Shown here: in pieces, positions 16,282-25,106 of the stretch | Layout: every line of letters starts with the position of its first letter | Numbering within the stretch: the first letter of the stretch is position 1 | Origin: Rhodoferax sp. | GTDB taxonomy: Bacteria; Pseudomonadota; Gammaproteobacteria; Burkholderiales; Burkholderiaceae_C | Assembly: GCA_031410295.1 (NCBI GenBank) | Contig: JANNYX010000075.1 | Coordinates: forward strand, 1-29,025 | Direction of reading: 5' to 3' | DNA length: 29,025 bases | Position numbers and translations under genes: made by a program | Notes under the pieces: generated by a model | Told to the model about the DNA's origin: nothing | The model's database searches: none | Seen by the model: only the letters and a program-made list of their open reading frames with translations

Positions 16282-17406
16282 TTGGCACTGTTGCAAACCC
16301 GATCGGCATTGAACAAGACCCCAGCATTGGCCAGAGGCACACTCAAACTCTTCGGCAGCCGGGCTTTCAAAAAGAGCCTGACTACGATGACGCGTCTGGC
16401 TGTGCGCGCCGGCGCACAAGCGATTGCGTCGGCGTTGCGGTCAGGAAAAAAAACGGCGCGATCCGGCTCCAAGGTGGCTGCAAAAGCCGGAAGCCGACCG
16501 GCGCAGGTCAAGCCAGGTTCACGCGCAGGCGCGAATTCGGGATGGGCAGGCAGGCGCCGCTACCAGCTTTATAAACCAACCGGCGTGAATATCGGCGAGC
16601 CGTTGCCACTCTTCGTGATGCTGCATGGATGTGGCCAGAATGGCCAGTCGATGGCCAGCGCCAGCCAGATGAACCAGGTTGCAGCGCGGGAACGTTTTTT
16701 AATTGTGTATCCGGAGCAAGACCGCAGCGCAAATCTGCACGGCTGCTGGAATTGGTTCGCCACACGTTCAGGCCAGGCCCAGCGCGAAGCGGACGCCATA
16801 CTTTCGGTGGTTGACCTGATCATTCAAACGCAGCCGGTGGACACGAACCGGGTTGCACTGGTGGGATTTTCCGCCGGAGCTGGCATGGCGGCCCTGTTGG
16901 CAACGCGCCACCCGGGGCGCTTTCGCACGCTGGTTATGCATTCCGGCATCGCACCGGGTGTGGCGCGCTCACAAGCCGGCGCGCTGGCTGCCATGCGCGG
17001 GCGTGGGCCCCAAGCATTGTCCTTGCCGCCGTTGACGGCTGGGAGCGCAGGCGAACCGTTGCCGTCCCTGCTGGTGATCCATGGTGCTGGCGACCACGTG
17101 GTGGTGCCGCAAAACGCAAGTGATGCGGCCCAGCGCTGGGCCGCCTGCGAAGGCGCCCAAAGCGTTTCCGTGCGAACGGTACAGCGCGGCGCGCGTTACC
17201 CAATGACGATCACCGATTATTCAGAGCAGCGTCGGCTGGTCGTCAGGCATTGCCTGATCAAGGGCCTTGGGCACGCCTGGAGCGGCGGCGCAGCAAACCA
17301 GGCCAACAGCGACCCCAAAGGCCCCAATGCGGCGCGGATGATCTGGGCCTTTGCGGCCAGTCAATTTCGCGGACTCCCGCGGAATGCTATACCTTTAATA
17401 GCATAA
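16282..17406 (+). CDS. PHB-depolymerase-family esterase (LpqC-like)
   Basis: PL.VMLHGC.Q, F...YPEQ....N..GCWNWF, lipase box GFSAG, IHG.GD.VV, GLGHAWSGG, D..GP.A. True start uncertain (TTG 16282 or ATG 16384/16387). Confidence 0.85.
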   Translation: MALLQTRSALNKTPALARGTLKLFGSRAFKKSLTTMTRLAVRAGAQAIASALRSGKKTARSGSKVAAKAGSRPAQVKPGSRAGANSGWAGRRRYQLYKPTGVNIGEPLPLFVMLHGCGQNGQSMASASQMNQVAARERFLIVYPEQDRSANLHGCWNWFATRSGQAQREADAILSVVDLIIQTQPVDTNRVALVGFSAGAGMAALLATRHPGRFRTLVMHSGIAPGVARSQAGALAAMRGRGPQALSLPPLTAGSAGEPLPSLLVIHGAGDHVVVPQNASDAAQRWAACEGAQSVSVRTVQRGARYPMTITDYSEQRRLVVRHCLIKGLGHAWSGGAANQANSDPKGPNAARMIWAFAASQFRGLPRNAIPLIA

Positions 17407-17433
17407 CAAGTATATAATTCGACGGCCTATTGC
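17385..17433 (+). repeat. AT-rich ~49-bp dispersed element, copy B
   Basis: TGCTATACCTTTAATAGC-ATAACAAGTATATAATTC-GACGGCCTATTGC. Confidence 0.7.
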
Positions 17434-17472
17434 CATTTTCACTCTGCATCTTTTAGAACAAGGACAAATCCC

Positions 17473-18156
17473 ATGTCTGATTCAAAAATGCCTGACGGCG
17501 ATCACCTGTCGCATCACGCCGCGCAAGGGTTCCGAGACCACTTTGCGTTGGCCTTTACCAAGATGCTGCGCCTGATTGCCGACGCTTTTTTTGCACAGCG
17601 GTATGGGCACCGCGCCATCGTTCTTGAAACCGTTGCGGCGGTCCCCGGCATGGTGGGCGCCACCATCACCCACCTGAAGTGCCTGCGCCGCATGAGTGGC
17701 GATGGCGGCTGGATCCACACGCTGCTGGAGGAAGCCGAAAACGAACGCATGCACTTGATGACATTCGTCGCCCTGGCCCAGCCCACTGCATTTGAACGCC
17801 TGGTGGTGATGTTCACGCAATGGATTTTCTACGTCGGCTTCTTCCTGCTGTATTTGATATCGGCCCGCACCGCGCACCGCGTCGTGGGTTATTTTGAAGA
17901 GGAGGCCGTGCTGAGTTACTCCCAGTACCTGGCCCAGATTGAAAGTGGCAATTCACCCAATGTGGCGGCACCCGCCATTGCCATTGCCTACTGGAACCTG
18001 CGCGCCGATGCCAGGCTCAGCGACGTGGTGCTGGCCGTGCGGGCTGACGAAGCAAATCACCGCGATGTCAACCATGGCTTTGCCGACCAGCTGGCAGCAG
18101 AGGCTTCTGGTGTGTCCAAAACCCGACCAAACAGCAGCGGTTTGTCTGACCAATAA
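17473..18156 (+). CDS. aox: Alternative oxidase (di-iron ubiquinol oxidase)
   Basis: LETVAAVPGMVG, LLEEAENERMHL, HR.VGYFEEEAV.SY and VRADEANHRDVNH contain all di-iron ligands. AAGGA RBS. Confidence 0.95.
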   Translation: MSDSKMPDGDHLSHHAAQGFRDHFALAFTKMLRLIADAFFAQRYGHRAIVLETVAAVPGMVGATITHLKCLRRMSGDGGWIHTLLEEAENERMHLMTFVALAQPTAFERLVVMFTQWIFYVGFFLLYLISARTAHRVVGYFEEEAVLSYSQYLAQIESGNSPNVAAPAIAIAYWNLRADARLSDVVLAVRADEANHRDVNHGFADQLAAEASGVSKTRPNSSGLSDQ

Positions 18157-18212
18157 ATCCCTGGCCGGGGATTCGGGCAGCATCTTGAAACAAGTTGGCT
18201 GGAACTCAGGTT

Positions 18213-18230
18213 ATTCGGATTTGTCCTACA
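18213..18230. promoter_or_regulatory. Imperfect YGTMRG-N6-CYKACR palindrome
   Basis: ATTCGG-ATTTGT-CCTACA, with a further CCTACA half-site at 18273. Confidence 0.45.
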
Positions 18231-18361
18231 GCCACTGGTGCAACCTGCCTGCAGCGCGGCAACCCTGGGAAACCTACAGTTAAAGCCTCTTCGTTGTGAT
18301 GACGCTGTTACGGTATTTCCAATCATCGTCACAACCCTTTGGCCACTTTTCAGGACACATC

Positions 18362-18985
18362 ATGAACAAACGTTTTCAACACATCACTGGCTTGTTTTTG
18401 ACTGCCGCGGCATTGGCTGGCGCTTCGGCAGTGCAGGCTCAAAGCAGCAGTTCCGCCCAAAACACGGGCGGCCCCTTCGCCTGGAACGGCTCGCCCAAGG
18501 CTTACATCGACCTGAGCGCAGGCCAAACCGACTATCGCCTGAACAACGGCACGGGTGTATTCGCCTCAGACAACCGCAGCTCGGCCTACACCCTGTCTGC
18601 TGGCGCCTACTTCACCAACAACCTGGGCCTAGAGGCGGGCTACACCGATTTCGGTCGAATCAACCGCGTCGGTGGCAGCACCCGTGCTGAAGGCTTGAGC
18701 CTGCGCCTGGTCGGCAAACTTCCACTCGCGCCTTCATTAAATTTGCTGGGGAAAATCGGCACGATTTACGGGCGCACGGATGTGGGTTCAGCGGCAGGGT
18801 CAGGCGTCACCGCCGGCGCTGAAAACGGATGGGGTCTGTCCATGGGCATCGGCGCCGAATACCTGTTCACACCCAACTGGTCGGCAGTGCTTCAGTACGA
18901 CGCGCATGACTTGCGTTTTGCCGGCGCTTCGAGCGACCGCGAACGTTTGGGCGTCACCAGCCTGGGCGTGCGGTACGCGTTCTAA
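18362..18985 (+). CDS. Outer-membrane beta-barrel protein (OmpA-like 8-stranded membrane domain)
   Basis: ATG 18362 with CAGGA RBS. Signal peptide ending AVQA. Alternating strands (GAYFTNNLGLEAGYTDFG; GAEYLFTPNWSAVLQYD). Terminal GVRYAF with C-terminal Phe. Confidence 0.9.
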   Translation: MNKRFQHITGLFLTAAALAGASAVQAQSSSSAQNTGGPFAWNGSPKAYIDLSAGQTDYRLNNGTGVFASDNRSSAYTLSAGAYFTNNLGLEAGYTDFGRINRVGGSTRAEGLSLRLVGKLPLAPSLNLLGKIGTIYGRTDVGSAAGSGVTAGAENGWGLSMGIGAEYLFTPNWSAVLQYDAHDLRFAGASSDRERLGVTSLGVRYAF

Positions 18986-18996
18986 AGTTTGCCAAT

Positions 18997-19022
18997 GTGT
19001 GGGCGGCAGGTGCCGCTCACAC
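18997..19022. terminator. Hairpin between convergent genes, possible bidirectional terminator
   Basis: GTGTGGGCGGC-AGGT-GCCGCTCACAC: 11-bp stem with one G-U pair. No strong U tract. Confidence 0.45.
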
Positions 19023-19029
19023 TTGAAAG

Positions 19030-19620
19030 TTACCTCGGGGGTGATCCCTGGGCACCCTGAGTGGCTTGATCGATTTGTTCCAGCATGCGCTCTGGTCGCG
19101 TGGCCTGTTCCATGGCAACCAAATCCGGGTTTTCGTCAAAGCTGGCGCCGACCTTCTGGGCGATGGCGCGAAGCATTTTCAGCATTTGCGTATTTTCCTG
19201 TTCCGTCAACAAGTTGATCTGAAGGTCCAGATGGCTGCGTTGTTGCGCCAGGCGCGTCTCGTGGTTTTGGCTGATCAAAATAAAGGCCGACAGAAAAATC
19301 GCTTCCAGTGACACAACAAAGGTCAGTGCTGGAAATGGAAACGGATCGGGACGGTTGGCAAACCAGGGTGAGCTATTGAAGATCACCCAGACGCCAAAAC
19401 TGGCCAGGTGAATCCAGACAAAAGGCAAACTTCCACAAAATGCCGCGATATGCCCGGCAAGGCGTTCGCCCTGCGTCAAGGCCGACTTTTTTGCCTGTTC
19501 CTGATCCAGGATCGTGCGCAGGTTGCGCCCGGTCAGGTCGTCGACACCTTGCGCATCGCCGGTGTTGACGTTATCTCTGGTGGATTTGCCAGTTGTGGCC
19601 ATTGAAACGGCTTGAGTCAT
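19030..19620 (-). CDS. DUF1003-domain membrane protein
   Basis: A..IA.FCGS..FV..H, N......PDPFPF..L...VSLEAIFLS.FILISQN.......RS.LD..INL. Confidence 0.88.
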   Translation of the reverse strand: MTQAVSMATTGKSTRDNVNTGDAQGVDDLTGRNLRTILDQEQAKKSALTQGERLAGHIAAFCGSLPFVWIHLASFGVWVIFNSSPWFANRPDPFPFPALTFVVSLEAIFLSAFILISQNHETRLAQQRSHLDLQINLLTEQENTQMLKMLRAIAQKVGASFDENPDLVAMEQATRPERMLEQIDQATQGAQGSPPR

Positions 19621-19672
19621 TGTTCACTGCGGTCAGCTGGGTCGCGGTGGTGCAAAAGTGCTGAAATCGCGG

Positions 19673-19690
19673 TGTAACGGGCGGTTGACA
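19673..19690. promoter_or_regulatory. Imperfect YGTMRG-N6-CYKACR palindrome
   Basis: TGTAAC-GGGCGG-TTGACA, 52 nt upstream of the DUF1003 start. Confidence 0.45.
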
Positions 19691-19691
19691 C

Positions 19692-20969
19692 TCACAGTTG
19701 TGAACTCATCAAGGAGGCGGCCCAATCTGACAGTTTCTCGCGCGCCGGCCGCTGCTGCCACGCCGCATACGTCATGCTGCGCGCAAGCGAAAGATCGGCT
19801 TCAAAAATCGCCGTTTGTTGCTTGGCAAATTCAGCGTCAAAGACATTCAGGGTCGCCTCATCATTCAGCCGGAACGAACGGTTGTCAAAATTGGTGGAAC
19901 CCACCGAAACCAGCAAGTTGTCCACGATCAACACTTTGCAGTGGTACATGGTCGGGCGGAATTCGGCGATCAGCGCCCCGGCGGCGAGCAAAGGGCCCCA
20001 GGTCGACCGCGACGCGCTGCGCACGGTTTCACTGTCCATATGTTCGCCTGGAACAACGATGCGCAATTTGACGCCCCGGCGCATGGCGTCAACCAAGGCA
20101 CGGATCGCCATGTCGTCAGGAACAAAATATGCAGCCGACAAATCGATGGAACGCGAGGCGGCAGTAATCGCCAGCAGGTACATCAATTGCATGCTCTCAC
20201 TGCCACCGGTGGGCGAGCTGCTGAACATTTGCGCCAGCGCACGGCCGGCAGGTGGCAACACGGGAAAATAGTCAGGCCCATGCAGCACTTCACCTGTGAC
20301 CTTGATCCAGTTGTCAAGAAACACCGCCTGCATCTGGGCCACGACCGGACCCTCGACCTGAAAATGGGTGTCGCGCCAATGGTCAGGGCTCTGTGCATTG
20401 CCGGTCCATTGCGGCGCGATACCGACGCCACCCGTAAAGGCGGTGTGGCCGTCCACCACCAGCAGTTTGCGATGGGTGCGGTTATTGAACCGCCCAAGGT
20501 GTGACCAGTGCGGCGGGTGAAACTTCCTGATCAACACGCCGGCGGCCATCATCTCATCGACGATGGATTCATCAATTTTTGCGCTGCCCACCCAGTCCAG
20601 CAGCACGTGCACCTTGACCCCCTGGCGCGCTTTGTCGGCAAGGGCCCGGGCAAATTCAAGGCCGATGGCACCCGACCAGTAGATGTAAGTCTCGAAGGTG
20701 ACGGAGGCGCGGGCGCCACGGATCGCGGCGAGCATCGGTGGAAAAATTTCGTCCCCGTTGCGCAGGACCTTGGGCAGGTTGCCGTCGACAAACGCGGGCC
20801 CCAGCAGCACGCCCAGTTCCTGCAGGAACCGCGGGTCATCCAGCGAATAAAGCCGTGTTATGTGTTGCTCGATTTTTTTTTCGCCGCCCATGAAGTTGGC
20901 GACCAGCAGGACGGCCGCCGCCGCCAATACCACACCCGCCGCAACGATGAGGGCCGTGTGGTTTCGCAT
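19692..20969 (-). CDS. cls: Second phospholipase D / cardiolipin synthase-like protein
   Basis: HKD motifs RTHRKLLVVDG and MYHCK.LIVD...SVGSTNFD.RS. One N-terminal TM. Start set at ATG 20969, 2 nt after the katE stop. Confidence 0.9.
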   Translation of the reverse strand: MRNHTALIVAAGVVLAAAAVLLVANFMGGEKKIEQHITRLYSLDDPRFLQELGVLLGPAFVDGNLPKVLRNGDEIFPPMLAAIRGARASVTFETYIYWSGAIGLEFARALADKARQGVKVHVLLDWVGSAKIDESIVDEMMAAGVLIRKFHPPHWSHLGRFNNRTHRKLLVVDGHTAFTGGVGIAPQWTGNAQSPDHWRDTHFQVEGPVVAQMQAVFLDNWIKVTGEVLHGPDYFPVLPPAGRALAQMFSSSPTGGSESMQLMYLLAITAASRSIDLSAAYFVPDDMAIRALVDAMRRGVKLRIVVPGEHMDSETVRSASRSTWGPLLAAGALIAEFRPTMYHCKVLIVDNLLVSVGSTNFDNRSFRLNDEATLNVFDAEFAKQQTAIFEADLSLARSMTYAAWQQRPAREKLSDWAASLMSSQL

Positions 20970-20971
20970 GC

Positions 20972-23347
20972 TCAGACCCTGGGTGGGTTGCGGTCCCTCG
21001 CCGCATGGCGATGCGCCGCGATGGCCTTGATCAAGGCCGGCAGCATGCCGTCCACGTCGTCTGCCGCGCACAGCAGGACGCCGGCGTCTTTGGCCGCGTT
21101 CTGCTGCAGGCCGGCCTGCTCGAGCAGGGCGCGCGACTCACCCAGCGCGAGTATGGTTTTCCCGTGCCGGTACGCGTCCTTCAGGAATTCCATCGTCTGG
21201 CCGTTCTCCCCCAGTGTTTGCACGCCATCCGCCCCGCCAGGCAACACCACGGCATCGAACAGGACAGACGGCGAATTCTCCATTGACTTGTTGGCCTCAA
21301 CCTTGACGTGGCCGCCCTGCGACATGAATTTGCCGACACGCGGCCCGATGAAATGCACCACCGCTCCGGCCGCTGTCAAAGCGGTCTGCACAGCGGCAAG
21401 AGAGGTGTGGTGAACGCCGTCGGCCACCAAAAGGGCAACCTGGCGGGTGCGAATTCCGCACTCTCCGGGCAACGCCATCAAGGACAACGCCGGCGACTTC
21501 TTGACCTCCGGTGTGGGCGGATTGGGCATCGCCCGCGGCATGGCCGCTGGCGCCTTCATCCCCAGGCCGGCGGCCACTTCCGTGGCAAGTGTTGTGGACA
21601 CGTTCATCAAAGACGCCAACATGCGCTCCCGGATGGCAGGCACCGTCAACTTGCTCAGTTCAAAGCGGAAGGCGGCAACGATATGGTCCTGCTCGATTGC
21701 AGTCTGGCTGGCAAAAAACAGGGACGCCTGGGCGTAGTGTTCGGCAAATTTCTCCGGGTTGCCGCGAACCTTGTCTTCCTGCACGGCGGCTGGAAACGAG
21801 ACAAAGCCCGCGCCACCGGCCTGAAACGGGCACCCGCCACCCAGCGAATTGGGCTCGTAGGCGACGCGGCCGCGGTGAATGGCCTGGCGGTGCAGACCAT
21901 CTCGCTGGTTGTTGTGAACCGGCGCCAGCGGCGCGTTGATCGGAATTTCATGGAAGTTAGGGCCGCCAAGACGGGACAGCTGCGTGTCGACATACGAATG
22001 AATCCGCCCGACAAGCAGCGGGTCGTTAGAAAAATCGATGCCTGGCACGACGTGGGCAGTGCAAAAGGCAACCTGCTCGGTTTCGGCAAAAAAATTGTCC
22101 GGATTGCGGTTCAGCAGCATGCGCCCAACGGGTACCACGGGCACCAGTTCCTCGGGAATCAGCTTGGTGGCGTCGAGCACGTCAAAGCTGAATTGTTCGC
22201 TTTGCGCTTCAGTGAAAGTTTGCAGGCCGAGTTCCCACTCCGGGAAATCACCGGATTCAATCGCCTCCCACAAATCACGGCGATGGAAATCGGGGTCCGC
22301 CCCGGAGATCTTCACCGCTTCGTCCCATACCAGGGAATGTGTGCCCTGCAGCGGTTTCCAGTGAAATTTGCAGAATACCGATTCACCAGCGGCGTTGACC
22401 AGGCGAAAAGTGTGCACACCAAAACCCTGCATCATGCGGTAGCTGCGCGGGATGCCGCGGTCCGACATCACCCACATCAGTGTGTGGGTCGTTTCCGGCA
22501 TCAGGGAAGCGAAATCCCAGAAGGTGTCGTGGGCCGAGGCGGCCTGGGGCATGCCGTGGTGGGGCTCGGGTTTGACAGCGTGCACCAGGTCAGGGAACTT
22601 CATCGCGTCCTGGATGAAAAATACCGGCATGTTGTTGCCCACCAGGTCCCAGTTTCCTTCATCGGTGTAGAACTTGACGGCAAAGCCGCGCACGTCACGG
22701 GCGGTGTCCTTGGAGCCGCGCTCACCCGCCACGGTTGAGAACCTGACGAACACGGGCGTCACTTTGCCGGCCTGAGCAAACGGCGCCGCCCGGGTGAGTT
22801 TGGTCTGTGCGTCATAACACTCAAAATACCCGTGCGCCGCAGAGCCGCGGGCATGTACGATGCGCTCCGGGATACGTTCGTGGTCAAAGTGCGTGATTTT
22901 TTCGCGCAGCACAAAGTCCTCAAGCAGGGTCGGCCCGCGCAGGCCCGCCTTCAGGGAATGCTGGTTGTCGCTGACGGGCACGCCCTGGTTGGTGGTCAGG
23001 GTCTGTCCGTCTAGATCAACGCGCACGCGGTCCAACGCGGCGCTGATCGGGTTGGCGCCAGCCACTGCCGATGCGCCCGTCTTGTCGTTGCCATTTTTTT
23101 CAGACTCGGTGCTGGCCAGCAGCACCGCCGACGTGGCTGCCGACTGAAAGCCGGCTGGTGGCGCCAGTGCATGAGCATGGCCGAACTCCAGGTGCTTGCT
23201 TGCATTGAATGGTCGTCCAGCGACCATCTCGTTCATTTCTTGCGCTTTGACTGAGGTGACTTCTTCGGCTTGCAATAAAGTGTTCGCAACTTCTGGCGGC
23301 TGGGTCGTCGTGCGCGGGCGTTTGGGCGGTTTTTTGCTGGCGGGCAT
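20972..23347 (-). CDS. katE: Large-subunit monofunctional catalase HPII with C-terminal DJ-1/PfpI-like domain
   Basis: [15 protein letters not shown] (distal His), RFSTVAG.RGS.DT.RD.RGF, WDLVGNN, proximal R.HSY.DTQ, and C-terminal [19 protein letters not shown]. Confidence 0.97.
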   Translation of the reverse strand: MPASKKPPKRPRTTTQPPEVANTLLQAEEVTSVKAQEMNEMVAGRPFNASKHLEFGHAHALAPPAGFQSAATSAVLLASTESEKNGNDKTGASAVAGANPISAALDRVRVDLDGQTLTTNQGVPVSDNQHSLKAGLRGPTLLEDFVLREKITHFDHERIPERIVHARGSAAHGYFECYDAQTKLTRAAPFAQAGKVTPVFVRFSTVAGERGSKDTARDVRGFAVKFYTDEGNWDLVGNNMPVFFIQDAMKFPDLVHAVKPEPHHGMPQAASAHDTFWDFASLMPETTHTLMWVMSDRGIPRSYRMMQGFGVHTFRLVNAAGESVFCKFHWKPLQGTHSLVWDEAVKISGADPDFHRRDLWEAIESGDFPEWELGLQTFTEAQSEQFSFDVLDATKLIPEELVPVVPVGRMLLNRNPDNFFAETEQVAFCTAHVVPGIDFSNDPLLVGRIHSYVDTQLSRLGGPNFHEIPINAPLAPVHNNQRDGLHRQAIHRGRVAYEPNSLGGGCPFQAGGAGFVSFPAAVQEDKVRGNPEKFAEHYAQASLFFASQTAIEQDHIVAAFRFELSKLTVPAIRERMLASLMNVSTTLATEVAAGLGMKAPAAMPRAMPNPPTPEVKKSPALSLMALPGECGIRTRQVALLVADGVHHTSLAAVQTALTAAGAVVHFIGPRVGKFMSQGGHVKVEANKSMENSPSVLFDAVVLPGGADGVQTLGENGQTMEFLKDAYRHGKTILALGESRALLEQAGLQQNAAKDAGVLLCAADDVDGMLPALIKAIAAHRHAARDRNPPRV

Positions 23348-23417
23348 TGCGTTTCCTCAAAACCTAAATCTTCCGCGTCGATGACGGTCCCGCCTATCAG
23401 ACGGTCATCAGTGGTTT

Positions 23418-23435
23418 TGTAGGAAGAACGCTATG
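23418..23435. promoter_or_regulatory. Imperfect YGTMRG-N6-CYKACR palindrome upstream of katE
   Basis: TGTAGG-AAGAAC-GCTATG, with a second half-site TGTCAG at 23448. Confidence 0.4.
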
Positions 23436-23516
23436 CCGAGGATGCAATGTCAGGTAAAACCACCGCCCATTTACGGGTTGCAGCCGATCAGCCTGCAACT
23501 CACATAAACAAAAGCT

Positions 23517-23564
23517 GCAAAGGCCGTCGAAACATATAGATAGTTTGCTACGTTATATATAGCA
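23517..23564 (-). repeat. AT-rich ~49-bp dispersed element, copy C
   Basis: Minus strand TGCTATATATAACGTAGC-AAACTATCTATATGTTTC-GACGGCCTTTGC. Confidence 0.7.
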
Positions 23565-23634
23565 TTCTCAGGGTCCTTCAGATGGAACGCTCAGTTGGCA
23601 GCACCTCTGTGCGGGGCTTGTATTGATGACTGGC

Positions 23635-24429
23635 TCATGAAGGCGATGGGTCGATGGCCTGATTGACGAGGGTTTTTGCACGACGCCTCGGGTCCTCATA
23701 GGAACTGAAGACCGACCGCAGCGTTTTCACTTCTGGCAGCACGTAAATCAAGCCACGGCGCTTGGCGAACATGGGACTGACGTAGGTTTCAAAAAACGCC
23801 ACAGGGACGTTGATGCAACCCCAGGAGACCCGGTTATCTGCCACCGTTTCGCTGGCCAGTCGCTCAAGCCTGCGTTCATGTGGGTGCAGCGTGAGCACCC
23901 GGTGCATTGACACGGCGGCGTCGTAATCCACCCAGACCACATCTTCGCCACGGGCGTTGTGGCCACGTTCACCAACAAAGCGCCCGGCCGGGGTGGTGCG
24001 CTCCTGCACCAGCACCTGATCCAGCGGGCGGCTGCCGATGCCTGGCACACTGTCGTCTCCCACCGCGCCACCGAGCAAAACCGGGCTTGAACTGCGCAGG
24101 CGCGCCCGGTGGTCAAACACCAGCGCAGTGGCTGCCTTCTTGTCAACCACGATGAAATCCGCACCGGCGTTGTCTGAGGAATCGGCAATCCAGTCAGCAA
24201 TCTGGCGCGCTTCGGGAGACGGTGAAAAATCTCCAAACTCGGCATATTTGGCAACAGCTTTCCAGACGGCAATGGCCCTTGGATGGGGCAAAGGACGCCA
24301 ATTGATTTCACCATTCAACGCGGGCGTCACAGACACCGGAAACAGGATGACTGAGGCTGCGGCGCCCGCAAGCAACCCCCGGCGGATGGCATCCACCGTG
24401 GTGCTTGATATGGCCGGTCGCTGCGGCAT
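23635..24429 (-). CDS. L,D-transpeptidase (YkuD)-like protein
   Basis: F.IVDKK.A...VF, SPVLLG...GD, TTPAGRF, S.HRV...RL......DNR.SWGCINV (H-x-SxGC catalytic motif). Start ATG 24429 or TTG 24444. Confidence 0.8.
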   Translation of the reverse strand: MPQRPAISSTTVDAIRRGLLAGAAASVILFPVSVTPALNGEINWRPLPHPRAIAVWKAVAKYAEFGDFSPSPEARQIADWIADSSDNAGADFIVVDKKAATALVFDHRARLRSSSPVLLGGAVGDDSVPGIGSRPLDQVLVQERTTPAGRFVGERGHNARGEDVVWVDYDAAVSMHRVLTLHPHERRLERLASETVADNRVSWGCINVPVAFFETYVSPMFAKRRGLIYVLPEVKTLRSVFSSYEDPRRRAKTLVNQAIDPSPS

Positions 24430-24444
24430 GGAGATAGCTGCCAA

Positions 24445-24708
24445 TCAGTTGCGATCGATCTGGGACGGACGCTCAGTGGTCATGGCGCTGTCGGTGTTGG
24501 TCGCGGGACTGGTGTTGTTCATGGCTGGTGGGCTTTGCGGCAGCGGTGTAGCCGACATGCTTCCCGGCGTCGTGCTGGGCGTGGCCCCGGTGGTGGCACC
24601 GGCGTCACCCGGGGTAGTGGGTGGCGTGGTTTGGGCGACGGACAAACCAATCGTTCCAACGATGGCCAAGGCACTGGCAGCAGAGACTAGAAAATTGGAC
24701 ATGTTCAT
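24445..24708 (-). CDS. Small secreted Thr/Pro/Ser-rich protein
   Basis: GGAG RBS, signal peptide ending SVA-Q, low-complexity body, C-terminal ERPSQIDRN. Confidence 0.7.
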   Translation of the reverse strand: MNMSNFLVSAASALAIVGTIGLSVAQTTPPTTPGDAGATTGATPSTTPGSMSATPLPQSPPAMNNTSPATNTDSAMTTERPSQIDRN

Positions 24709-24766
24709 GGTGAAACTCCGGTAGTGGTTGAGAGTGGTTAAAGTGCGGAACCATCAAGGCGCCGTT

Positions 24767-24784
24767 TGCCGGTGATCGCCGACA
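24767..24784. promoter_or_regulatory. Near-perfect YGTMRG-N6-CYKACR palindrome
   Basis: TGCCGG-TGATCG-CCGACA, with extra half-sites CCTACA at 24801 and TGTAGG at 24841. Confidence 0.6.
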
Positions 24785-25106
24785 GTTCCGAGTCTCGACG
24801 CCTACAAAGGCGACTGGCATCAGGCGGCCACGCGGGCGCCTGTAGGACTATGGCCAAGGCCAGCGTTACTTTGGTAAGGGGCTGTGACTGCAAACGCTGG
24901 GACCTGGCAAGATCGAATCCGGACTGAATTTGAATAATGTGCGCAGCCCAATTTGTCTGAAATGCAATTGCGGCCCTGGACTACAAAGCATAGTTTGAGC
25001 TGCACTAGCATTGCGTTGCAAAGGGTTCTCCCATTTCAATCGCGGTTCATATCGACGCGTTGACACAACCCTTTCACCCTACCACTTCAAGCCACGAGAG
25101 GGCCTT

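Noticed and set aside
19685-19690. Perfect TTGACA as a sigma70 -35
   Set aside because: On the plus strand it points antisense into cls with no matching -10. It is better explained as the right arm of the palindrome.
20970-21071. N-terminal extension of the second cls
   Set aside because: It overlaps the katE 3' end. ATG 20969 directly follows the katE stop and begins the TM helix.
21308-22738. 476-aa plus-strand ORF (also 20508-21413 and 19815-20504)
   Set aside because: Antisense shadows of katE and cls, typical of high-GC codon usage, with no motifs of their own.
3893-23564. AT-rich repeats as a CRISPR array or IS ends
   Set aside because: Copies are 6-13 kb apart, in mixed orientation and degenerate. 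No spacers, cas genes or transposase are present.
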